In this document: piece by piece, positions 1 through 10,305 of the stretch
How positions within the stretch are numbered: position 1 is the stretch's first letter
How the letters are laid out: each line of letters opens with the position of its first letter
From: Octopus bimaculoides
Taxonomy: Eukaryota
Reading direction: 5' to 3'
DNA length: 41,754 bases
Assembly: GCF_001194135.2 (NCBI RefSeq)
Contig: NC_068987.1
Coordinates: forward strand, 9,152,469 to 9,194,222
Notes under the pieces: generated by a model
What the model was told of the DNA's origin: nothing
What the model saw: the letters and a program-made list of their open reading frames with translations, nothing else
The model's database searches: none
Program-made: the position numbers and the translations under genes

Positions 1-74
1 TATATATCTGAGTGTGTGTGTATGTGTGTATATCTTTATATATATGGATTATGTATATACATAGATAAACACAT

Positions 75-75
75 G

Positions 76-128
<53 letters not shown>
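75..128. repeat. (CA)n microsatellite
   Basis: Uninterrupted CA run. Confidence 0.95.
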
Positions 129-133
<5 letters not shown>

Positions 134-429
134 ACATATTTAGATATACAAATCGACGCACTGAAACTTCTCACCACTTAATAGGAAGAGAAATGACAAT
201 GAAGAGTAAACAGGACGTTTGCGCTGGGAAAACGAAGTGATGTTATTGACTACAATTGTACTGAGACAGCATGTCCAGTCCGACGAGACAGTTGATTCGT
301 TATGGGTTGGAACGTTGGAGAACCGGAATTTAAGTCCGAGTGTAGGTTTTGTTCAGGAAGTGTTTTCTAGGAAACACAATGTTATCGCAATGTTCTCGTA
401 CACTGAGAAAACAGAAGAGGGCAGATGGC

Positions 430-442
430 ACATACACACATG

Positions 443-474
<32 letters not shown>

Positions 475-1035
475 CATACATAGTGCATACATACATACAT
501 ACATGCGTGCATACATACATACATACATATATACATACATACGTGCATACATACATACATACATACATACATACATGCGTGCATACATACATACGTGCAT
601 ACATACATACATACATACATACATACATACATACGTGCATACATACATACATACATACATACATACGTGCATACATACATACATACATACATATATACAT
701 ACATANNNNNNNNNNATACATACATACATACATACATACATACATGCGTGCATACATACATACGTGCATACATACATACATACATACATACGTGCATACA
801 TACATACATACATACATACATACATACAAACAAGCAAAGAATCATACATACATACAAACATACATACATATACACAAACATATACACACTCATATACATA
901 CACACATATATACAAACATCATACATACATACAAACATGCATATATACATACATACATACATACATATATACATACATATATACATACATATAAACATAC
1001 ACACACTCATGCATACATACAAACTTACATGCATC
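430..1035. repeat. Long imperfect (CATA)n array with interspersed CGTG/TGCG variants; spans a 10-N gap
   Basis: Direct reading; source of the HTYI/MYVC pseudo-ORFs. Confidence 0.95.
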
Positions 1036-1038
1036 ACT

Positions 1039-1375
1039 CGGTACCAATACATTGTGAGGAAATTTGTTAGACGGAAACTGTGTGGAAGCCCCTCATAGAC
1101 TCCAGCGTGTTTATGTGTGTGAGTGTACGCGTGTGTATGCGTATGTGTGTGCGTGTGTGATCGTGTTCGTCTAACACCAGCGCTTGACGACCGGTGTTGG
1201 TTTGCTTACCTTCTCGAAACCTAACGGTTCGGGTAAAAGTGAGCGATAGAATAAGTGGTACAGACACAAAGGAAAGCATATGTACTGGAAATCGATGTGT
1301 TCAACTATAACCTTCAGAGAACGATACCCCAGCATGGCCACAGTCAAATGACTGAAACAAGCAGAGGATAAAAGA
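1039..1375 (+). mobile_element. SINE family B, 5'-truncated diverged copy (partial head, internal TG microsatellite, tail)
   Basis: gttagacggaaactgtgtggaagccc head remnant and ccagcatggccacagtcaaatgactgaaacaag tail match the copies at 19626 and 32345. Confidence 0.8.
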
Positions 1376-1399
1376 ATGGAGAGGCAGGACTATGCAGAA

Positions 1400-1465
1400 T
1401 GAAGAAGAAGAAGAAGAAGAAGAAGAAGAAAAAGAAGAAGAAGAAGAAGAAGAAGAAGAAAGAAG
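1400..1465. repeat. (GAA)n microsatellite in a purine-rich tract
   Basis: Direct reading. Confidence 0.9.
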
Positions 1466-1967
1466 TATTGAAAAAAAAGAGAAGAAGGAAGGAAGTAAAA
1501 TGATAAAGAAAATTCTTAGAACAGGAAATACGGGATGAAAAGAACAAAGAGAAGGAAAAGAGGAGGAAGCAAAATATAAAGTAAAGAAATATGAACAATA
1601 ATCAAAAATTGATAAAAAAAATATGAGAGGAAAACCGGATAAAAATACAAGACAACTCCTTTAGGGTTTCATACAAATACATACATACATATATATATAT
1701 ATATACACATATATACTAACTACATAAACACACTCCTACAAACTTACATAAACACATACAGATATCTTCATATATAAACCTATGCGCGTTAACATAACAG
1801 AACTACACAGAACACACGTGTACATACAAGCACATACAACCACACACACACACACACACATAGACACACACATAAACACGAACACACATACAAACATATG
1901 CAAGCATACAGGTACCTTCAAACACAATCCCATGCAAGCTAACATACATGATAGAATCGCATTCACA

Positions 1968-2021
<54 letters not shown>

Positions 2022-2308
2022 CTCACTCACAGATAGAAAGAAATATATACATGTACGGATGTAAGCTTCATACGCATAAAAAGAAGTCACGTCTTATATG
2101 CATATTGAGGCACAAAAATGTCACTGCACAATAACTGAAAAACCTACGCACTCATCTACGTCCATATGCATAAAGCGAGACAGACTTATATATCATATAT
2201 GCAGCCAGGTTCTAAATGGCTGCAGACAAGAATTTATGATGAATTTATGAATCTTTTAACTTTACCACCTACACCAACAACATCTCTCTCTCTATATATA
2301 TATATATG

Positions 2309-2310
2309 TA

Positions 2311-2366
<56 letters not shown>

Positions 2367-2420
2367 ATAATAATAATAATAATGATAATAATAATAATAA
2401 TAATAATAATAGTAATTTAT
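2309..2420. repeat. Compound (TAG)n(TAA)n microsatellite
   Basis: Direct reading. Confidence 0.95.
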
Positions 2421-2592
2421 TAAGTAACAAGAAGATGGATTTGATATTAGTCTTTATTTTGCACTACGATCGTTTCGACCTATCCTGCTTCTGTCCCTTA
2501 TGGGATGACACCAGGCAGCCAAAACTGTGCCAGTGGTTTACTCAACACTTTAACACACTAATCGACATCGAGTCCAAAATATTACACACACA

Positions 2593-2595
<3 letters not shown>

Positions 2596-2641
<46 letters not shown>

Positions 2642-2721
2642 AGATAGACAGACACACGGCTAGTTAGATAGATAGATAGATAGATAGATGAGTAGATAAA
2701 TAGACAGACAGACAGACAGAC

Positions 2722-2790
<69 letters not shown>
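2596..2790. repeat. Compound (TG)n, (GATA)n and (GACA)n microsatellite
   Basis: Direct reading. Confidence 0.95.
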
Positions 2791-2792
<2 letters not shown>

Positions 2793-4059
2793 CAACTAGG
2801 TCGTCAAGCGGAAATGGAAGGATAAAAAAAAAAACGACTCGAAGACAAAATTCTATCTCTGCACTCATTAACAGAACATTATTCCATATCTGAAGACTAT
2901 ATTCCGTTTGTTACAACCTCCCTCACACTTACCGCTCGCACCCCGGCCACCACTCAAGCTTTGTGAGGAAGCCTTCGTAAATGAGGTGTTTTGCGTTTAG
3001 CCTACACGTCACGACCGACTTAAATGTCATCATGGCCGCATTATTCTTGCTTGATTGCTTTCTTTCTCTCTTTCTTTCTTCATTCCTTCCTTGTTTGGTT
3101 TTTAACGGAGAGGTGGGCCGAACGAAACATCTTCGCTATGGTACTACACCTACCATTTTTCACTTGACCTTACCTTCGCTTGAGTAATACTTCTTGTTTT
3201 CGTCCACACACACACAAATACATTAACGGAATGGAGACGGTGGTAATGATTAAATATGGCATTTAAAACTATCCATAATAATATTTTATGGGATTTCGAA
3301 GGTGGATATTAAGATTGGGAAAATAAAACAGATTATAGTTGATAGATTAAAGAGTGTGAGCGGTGAAGTAAGATGAGGATTAGATAAAAGCTGGATCAGG
3401 GTAACTTTGAAGTGGTGGTTTGGTAAAGTTGCGTACTTATAAGGATAAAGAGATGGTTAGGGGTGTGCGTAAGAAAACAATAACGTAAGAAAGAAAGAAA
3501 GAAAGAAAGAGCGGAGGCAAGGAAGAAAGAAAGAAAACAAGAGCTGAAGGGAAGGGATTATCCCGGCAGACTGCTTTTCATTTGAGCATAAATATCTAAG
3601 CAACATCAAAACGATGATACGATGATGCTTCCTAAGAGGTGTTCATTAGGAACCGAACAGAATCATAAGCGTAGCTGGAGTGGCGGTGGTAGGGATAGGG
3701 CTGTCCTGTGTCCGAGCGACGCTTTTGGGTCTGCTGTATAAGGCTGTGTAGGCTTGTGGGCCCGTATGGGGGGCAGAAAACTCAAGAGCTGCTCTGGGCC
3801 GCATACACTCTAACCCGAACAGAGGGCAATGTTTTCAGATTAAGTCAGTTGTAATGGCTAAAACATACTGAATAACTTAGAGCCATCACTCAAAAGCCAA
3901 TACAGCATGTAAATGTACAGAGATTTCGCTAATTGTTTTGGGGACCTATTCAATTGTGAAATGATATAGTTAATCTCTTAGAACCTGCCATCCTTAACAA
4001 AGCAAAACATTCAAGAATATGACAGCTGAAGGAAGAGAGGACTGCATTAGTATAGTACT

Positions 4060-4215
4060 CGACTCGGACTTACTTCATCTGAAAGTACACTGCAGAAATG
4101 TGAAAAGTAGTTCCTTGCTCAAGGTTACACTACCATGCTCCCGGTTAAGAAATCGAACCCATGGTCTTATATGATCGTGGGTTCAACACCCTAGCCATTA
4201 GGCTACGTATCTTCA
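4060..4215 (-). mobile_element. Diverged tRNA-derived SINE, D-type head with CORE-like segment
   Basis: Reverse strand reads gtgaagatacgtagcctaatggctagg...gggttcgatttc (A/B boxes), then gtgtaaccttgagcaagg; similar to 9454-9669. Confidence 0.6.
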
Positions 4216-4341
4216 CCAAACTCAAAAATATAAATGCGATTTTCCTTTCCTTAGTACATTCAGAAGCTATTTATTTGTTATTGGTTGCTTCCAGTTGTCT
4301 GTGTGTCTATGACTTATGCAAGTTTCACAAGGCACGAAAAG

Positions 4342-4495
4342 CCAGGCGCTAGCGTAGCTGTGTAGTTACAAACTATCAGGATCGGTTCCACTGTGCGATG
4401 CTTTGAACAAGTGTCTTCTACAAATGCCCAGTACCGACCAATACTTTGTGAGGGAATTTGGTAGACGGAAACTATGTGGAAGCCCGTCGTATATA
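4342..4495 (+). mobile_element. SINE family B head fragment, diverged
   Basis: aacaagtgtcttcta...ttggtagacggaaactatgtggaagcccgtcgtat matches the B head. Confidence 0.75.
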
Positions 4496-4574
4496 CGTGT
4501 GGAGAAATATAATTGATTAATCAATGATTACTTCAAAGCGCTTTCTTTCTATTGGAAGGAAATTATCACAGATC

Positions 4575-4654
<80 letters not shown>

Positions 4655-4705
4655 ATATGTATATATATGCATGTATATATGTATGTATATATGTATGTAT
4701 GTATA

Positions 4706-4738
<33 letters not shown>

Positions 4739-4755
4739 CTATCTATCTATCTATC

Positions 4756-4826
<71 letters not shown>

Positions 4827-4880
4827 GTATAAATAATATATATATATATATATATGTATAAATAATATATATATATATAA
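4575..4880. repeat. Compound (TA)n/(TG)n/(TATG)n/(TATC)n microsatellite
   Basis: Direct reading. Confidence 0.95.
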
Positions 4881-5555
4881 GTTACACTATTATTTATATT
4901 ATTTATACTATTATTTGATTGAACGCCACGCATCCATTTCCAAGTAAGTTCATCTTATACATACATACATACATATACAGGCGCACACGCACATAGATAC
5001 ACACCCACCCACTGCACATTACGAAATCCTCTTAAAATTTCGTTCATTCACTTTTCCGGGCTTGTTCTCGATTCTGACTCAATCACTCCCGCGGAAGTTA
5101 GACCATTATTATTGCCAATTTTCTGCGAAATATACTGGAAGGTAAAGAGTTTCTCTCCAACTCCACTCTCGGTGTGAAACTAGACTCAACTATAAAACGT
5201 TGGAAAGGACAAAAACCTCGTTCTTAGTACATTCACTCTCATCCACACTACAACATCCGTCATTGTAGCCATCAGTCATTGGTAAATTGTATGCCTCCGC
5301 ATTGTCAATGGGAACAGATCGAATCACATGCATATGCCCAACATCCGGATTGCCTTTTTTCTCGCTAATAGCTATTCATCATAATTCCATCGTTCAAGTG
5401 TGTGTTGGAAGGTATAGTATACATTGATTCTTAGATGTGATTGTGTCAGGGAAACTAATCCGAAACTAGCAATACATTCCTCAGAAGTATTGCCGGGCCA
5501 AAAATTGCATGGGTCATTTTACAGGGTTTTTTTAGGTCAATATTTACTTGGAATT

Positions 5556-5769
5556 AAGGTGGTGAGCTGGCAGAAACGTTAGCACGCCGGGCGAAATGCT
5601 TAGCGGTATTTCGTCTGCCGTTACGTTCTGAGTTCATATTCCGCCGAGGTCGACTTTGCCTTTCATCCTTTCGGGGTCGATAAATTAACTACCAGTTGCG
5701 TAATGGGGTCGATCTAATCGACTGGCCCCCTCCCCAAAAATTTCGGGCCTTGTGCCTAGAGGAGAAAAG
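5556..5769 (+). mobile_element. tRNA-derived SINE family A, full-length (copy A1)
   Basis: A box tggcagaaacg, B box gagttcatattcc, body gtcgactttgcctttcatcctttcggggtcgataaatt; flanked by 17-bp repeats at 5539-5555 and 5770-5786. Confidence 0.9.
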
Positions 5770-5786
5770 AATATTTACTTCGAATT

Positions 5787-6017
5787 AAGGCGGCGAGCTG
5801 GCAGAAACGTTAGCACGCCGGGCGAATTGCTGAGCGGTATTTCGTCTGCCACTACGTTCTTAGTTCAAATTCCGCCGAGGTCGACTTTACCATTCATCCT
5901 TTCGGGGTCGATTAAATAAGTATCAATTACGCACTGGGGTCGATGTAATCGACTTAATCCCTTTGTCTGTCCTTGTTTGTCCTCTCAGCCTCCGCCCCTG
6001 TGGGCAATAAAGAAATA
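5787..6017 (+). mobile_element. SINE family A with variant tail (copy A2)
   Basis: Same head and body as A1; tail ttaatccctttgtctgtccttgtttgtcc...tgtgggcaataaagaaata is shared with 13491-13570. Confidence 0.9.
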
Positions 6018-6152
6018 AATATTTACTTCGAATTCTTTCTCACTTTTTTCTGTTGTAACTCCTAGCCGTTATCTGAGATACATTAACTCGCTAGCCATTT
6101 TCGCCATGCTGGAAGTAGCTCCCATTATTATTATTATTATTTTTAATAATGA

Positions 6153-6378
6153 TAAGCTGGCGAGCTGGAAGAATCGTTAGCACGCCCGGTAAAATACTTT
6201 GCAGTATCTCATCCGTCTTTACGTTCTGAGTTCAAATTCCTCCGAAGTCGACTTTGCCTTTCATACTTTCAGGGATCGACAAATTAAGTACCAGTGAAAC
6301 ACTGGAGTCGTTGTAATCTACTAGTCCCCTCCCCACAAATTTCAGGCCTTATACTTTTAGTAGAAAGGATTATTATTA
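6153..6378 (+). mobile_element. SINE family A (copy A3)
   Basis: ggcgagctggaagaatcgttagcacg...gagttcaaattcc...ggccttatacttttagtagaaagg. Confidence 0.88.
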
Positions 6379-6399
6379 ACAATGATAATCGTTTCTATG

Positions 6400-6655
6400 A
6401 TAGGAACAAAGGTTGAAATTTGGTGGGAGGAGGCTGGTCGATTACATCGGTCCCAGGGTTCAACCGGTACTCGTTTCTTCGACCCTGAAAGGATGAAAGG
6501 CAAAGTTGACTTCGGTGGAATTTGAACTCAGAACGTAGGCAAATTTGAACTCAGAACGTAGGCAAATTTGAACTCAGAGTGTAGAGAGCCGGAGGAATGT
6601 TGCTCAGCATTTTGTCCGGCGTGTTAACGATGCGGCCTGCTCGCCGCTTCCCAAT
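6400..6655 (-). mobile_element. SINE family A (copy A4) with internal 23-bp triplication
   Basis: Reverse complement of the A consensus; the unit aatttgaactcagaacgtaggca repeats at 6519, 6542 and 6565. Confidence 0.85.
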
Positions 6656-6951
6656 GAAGTAATTAGGGTAAAAATCTGTAGTACCCAAATAGAAACCCGA
6701 CGAGTAATATACATCCCTTTTAAGCGCATCCTCTTTGATGCTCCAAGTATGTCCAAGGGACATCATTGTTCTAACCATTTACCATCTGTCTGCAGAAAAT
6801 AAGATTGACAGACTACCAATGACATCTACCCAACTGCTAGAGTGCTATGAGAACCTGATAACACTCCAGATGCAAGCTCCCATGCTCGTTTTACGCTTGG
6901 TTTATGACAGCAGTGAAATACTCAAGCAGTAAGAAAGTATGTCTATCAAAT

Positions 6952-7166
6952 AATTTCTCTCCTATAGGCACAAGGCCTGAAATTTTGGGGGAGGAAACTA
7001 ATTGATTATATCGACCCCAGTGTTTCACTGGTACTTAATGTATCGACCCCGAAAGGTTGACAGGCGAAGTCGATCTCGGCGGAATTTCAACTCAGAACGT
7101 AGCGACGGGCGAAATACTGCTAAGCATTTCGTCCAGCGTGCTAACGGTTCTGCCAGCTCACCACCT
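6952..7166 (-). mobile_element. SINE family A (copy A5) with 14-bp TSD
   Basis: Full reverse-strand copy; flanks tatgtctatcaaat (6938-6951) and tatatctatcaaat (7167-7180). Confidence 0.9.
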
Positions 7167-7180
7167 TATATCTATCAAAT

Positions 7181-7396
7181 GATGATTTCAAATTTTGCCA
7201 CAAGGGCAGCTTGGGGGAAGTGGGGATGAGTCGATTACTTCGACCCAGTGTTCAACTGGTACTTATTTCATCGACTCCTAAAGGATGAAAGATAAAGTCG
7301 ACCTCGGCGGAATTTGAACTCAGAACGTAGCGACGGGCGATATACCGCTAAGCATTTCGTCCAGCGTGTTAACAATTCTGCCAGCTCGCCGCCTTA
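7181..7396 (-). mobile_element. SINE family A (copy A6)
   Basis: ggcggaatttgaactcagaacgtag...gccagctcgccgcctt, followed by (TAA)n. Confidence 0.9.

Positions 7397-7434
<38 letters not shown>
7397..7434. repeat. (TAA)n microsatellite running into gap
   Basis: Direct reading. Confidence 0.9.
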
Positions 7435-8116
7435 NNNNNNNNNNNNNNNNNNNNNNNNNNNNNNNNNNNNNNNNNNNNNNNNNNNNNNNNNNNNNNNNNN
7501 NNNNNNNNNNNNNNNNNNNNNNNNNNNNNNNNNNNNNNNNNNNNNNNNNNNNNNNNNNNNNNNNNNNNNNNNNNNNNNNNNNNNNNNNNNNNNNNNNNNN
7601 NNNNNNNNNNNNNNNNNNNNNNNNNNNNNNNNNNNNNNNNNNNNNNNNNNNNNNNNNNNNNNNNNNNNNNNNNNNNNNNNNNNNNNNNNNNNNNNNNNNN
7701 NNNNNNNNNNNNNNNNNNNNNNNNNNNNNNNNNNNNNNNNNNNNNNNNNNNNNNNNNNNNNNNNNNNNNNNNNNNNNNNNNNNNNNNNNNNNNNNNNNNN
7801 NNNNNNNNNNNNNNNNNNNNNNNNNNNNNNNNNNNNNNNNNNNNNNNNNNNNNNNNNNNNNNNNNNNNNNNNNNNNNNNNNNNNNNNNNNNNNNNNNNNN
7901 NNNNNNNNNNNNNNNNNNNNNNNNNNNNNNNNNNNNNNNNNNNNNNNNNNNNNNNNNNNNNNNNNNNNNNNNNNNNNNNNNNNNNNNNNNNNNNNNNNNN
8001 NNNNNNNNNNNNNNNNNNNNNNNNNNNNNNNNNNNNNNNNNNNNNNNNNNNNNNNNNNNNNNNNNNNNNNNNNNNNNNNNNNNNNNNNNNNNNNNNNNNN
8101 NNNNNNNNNNNNNNNN

Positions 8117-8142
8117 GAAGAGGAGGAGCAGAAGAAGAAAAA

Positions 8143-8183
<41 letters not shown>

Positions 8184-8398
8184 AAAGATGGAAAAGAAAT
8201 AATATAAAAGGAAGAAGAAAAAGAAGAAGAAGAAGAAGAAGAAGAAGAAGAAGAATATGATGATGATGATGGAGGGACAGGAGAGAAGAAGAAGAAGAAG
8301 AAGAAGAAGAAGAAGAAGAAGAAGAAGACGATGATGGAGGGAGAGTAGGAGAATGTGGACAAGAAGAAGAAGAAGAAGAAGAAGAAGAAGGAAGAAGA
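8117..8398. repeat. (GAA)n/(GAAA)n/(GAT)n purine-rich compound microsatellite
   Basis: Direct reading. Confidence 0.92.
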
Positions 8399-8583
8399 AA
8401 CTACAACCAGAAGAATATCGGTGTCTCAGAGTGTCAAAAGAAAAAAAAAATCAGAAAAGAAAATTTAGTGCAAATCGATGACTAAAATTTTACTTTGTTC
8501 ATGTCTTCCAGTCACAGCTAAAAACAATATCTGACTTGGTTGCTATTTTTCTAGTTTTTTCCTTAACGTACGGATCATTTATG

Positions 8584-9007
8584 CCGGAAGTGACAAAAAT
8601 ATTTGCTTGTCATTGAAGTGTCACGTGAACAGGAAGTTTCAACATAAATATAAATAATCCACCCTTACTGGCACCTACTCACGCATATAAGTGTGTGTGT
8701 GTGTGTGTGACATACACATATAAGAAACGATACTTACATATAGTAATACAATATACGTGTGTGTGTACGTGTGCGTGTTTATAATTAGAAATACATATAG
8801 AAACACACACACACACACACATACATATATATATGCGTATATCAGCACACACACACACACACGTACGATATGAACAGAAACAAACAACAAACACATTGTC
8901 ACAGGCATTTCTATACCCACGCCCATCATGTCGTAATGTGTCACATGAAGGAAGTGAGTGTGAATCTATTTCTGGTATTAATATCACGTAGGTAAATGTC
9001 ACATGAC
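8584..9007. promoter_or_regulatory. Candidate cis-regulatory cluster: ETS cores plus extended E-boxes
   Basis: ccggaagtg 8584-8592; gtcacgtga 8620-8628 with caggaagt 8630-8637; gtcacatga 8940-8948 with aggaagtg 8949-8956; gtcacatgac 8998-9007. Motif match only. Confidence 0.3.
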
Positions 9008-9306
9008 AGGTGAAGCATATTTGTAGAAGAGATAACGCTCATCGCAACACAAACTTTCACACACACACACACACACACACACATACGCATATCTTTACGT
9101 ACACACACACACACATACATACATATATGTATGTACGGATGTGTGTGTGTGCGCGCGCGTCTGTGTGTGGCCTGATGCATTTACAAGGTATCTACGAAAT
9201 GAAAACTTCTTATGATAGCATGAAATTGTGACATTATCATTACTTAGTCATGATTAACACAAGCGAACTCGGTCGACTGTGTAAATATTTTATTTCATAC
9301 ATACAT

Positions 9307-9359
9307 ATAGATCATATCAGCTGGGACCCTCGTCGTCGACGTAACCGTCGGAGTGCTCC
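9307..9359 (+). mobile_element. Extreme 3' fragment of the SINE C/D tail
   Basis: gatcatatcagctgggaccctcgtcgtcgacgtaaccgtcggagtgc resembles gatcggatcaactggaaacctcgtcgtcgtaaccgacgaagtgcc at ~17800-17845. Confidence 0.65.
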
Positions 9360-9388
9360 TATCTACCTAATCTATATTATTATACACA

Positions 9389-9453
<65 letters not shown>

Positions 9454-9455
<2 letters not shown>

Positions 9456-9669
9456 TTAACGTAGTTCTCAGGGAGATTGAGCGTGACACAGAGTGTGACA
9501 AGGCTAGCCCCTTCGAAATACAGGTACGACTCATTTTTGCCAGATGAATGGACTGGAGCAACGTGAAATAAAGTGTCTTGCTCAAGGACACAACGCGTCT
9601 CTAGGAATTGAACTCACGACCTTACGACCGTGAGCCGAATTGCCTAACCACTGAGCCACGCACCTTCAC
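9454..9669 (-). mobile_element. tRNA-derived SINE family D (head, CORE-like segment, tail shared with C); tail ends in a TG microsatellite
   Basis: Reverse strand reads gtgaaggtgcgtggctcagtggttagg...gagttcaattcc, then tgtgtccttgagcaagacact, then gccttgtcacactctgtgtcacgctcaatctccctgagaactacgttaagg. Confidence 0.85.
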
Positions 9670-9849
9670 TCCCCCCATATATATATATGTATACATGTAT
9701 GCATATTCATATTGTTCAAAATAAAATTTGTGTGCAGTTAACTACTTTTTATTTTTATTTTTATAGTTTTCACTATGATTCACTCACTACGTGGAATATT
9801 ATCTTATCGAACCTTTTCATACATAAACACACAGACACACACACACACA

Positions 9850-10272
9850 CATATTTCAAAGTTGTTGTGAAAATGAAATTACTTAATACAGTTTTTAAGC
9901 ATAAAGGGGATTTTTTAAAAAAATTATTTTTCAAAAGAAGTTATAATGTTTTATCAGGATATTACTAACCTTTTTTTTTTTTTTGCAAGAAGTTTTTTTC
10001 GTAGTGTGTGAACGTTTTCGATTAAGCTTTTCAAACGCGCGTGCTTTTACTTATATACATACAAACATTCATGCATACATGCATATTTCAAAGTGTTTGT
10101 GAAAATTACTTAATATAGTTTTTAAGTATAAAGAAGATTTTTTTTTTAAATGATTATTTTTTTAAAAAGTTATAGCCTTTTATCAGGATGTTGCTAACCA
10201 TTTTTGGAGGAATTTTTTTCGTAGTGTGTGAGCGCTTTCGATTAAGCTGTTCAAATACACGTGATCTTAGTG
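9850..10272 (+). repeat. Diverged direct tandem duplication, ~200-bp unit, period ~232 bp
   Basis: catatttcaaag...ttttatcaggat...tttcgtagtgtgtga...ttcgattaagct begins at 9850 and again at 10082. Confidence 0.85.
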
Positions 10273-10305
10273 ATATATATATATATATATATATATATAC
10301 ACTCG

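Noticed and set aside
219-428. Complex 70-codon N-terminal part of ORF 219..1070
   Set aside because: No homology recognised and the frame runs straight into the CATA microsatellite.
5190-5375. ~60-codon minus-strand open frame (GNPDVGHMHVIRSVPIDNAEAYNLPMTDGYNDGCCSVDESECTKNEVFVLSNVL*)
   Set aside because: No recognisable homology and no convincing acceptor; such lengths occur by chance. A blastx search would settle it.
5556-5660. tRNA-like A/B-box sequences at SINE heads (also 11860-11931, 9600-9669 and others)
   Set aside because: They continue into SINE bodies and I see no complete cloverleaf, so they are not tRNA genes.
5539-6034. Regularly spaced 17-bp repeats as a CRISPR-like array
   Set aside because: The spacers are ~215-230-bp homologous SINE copies in a eukaryotic context; the repeats are better explained as target-site duplications.
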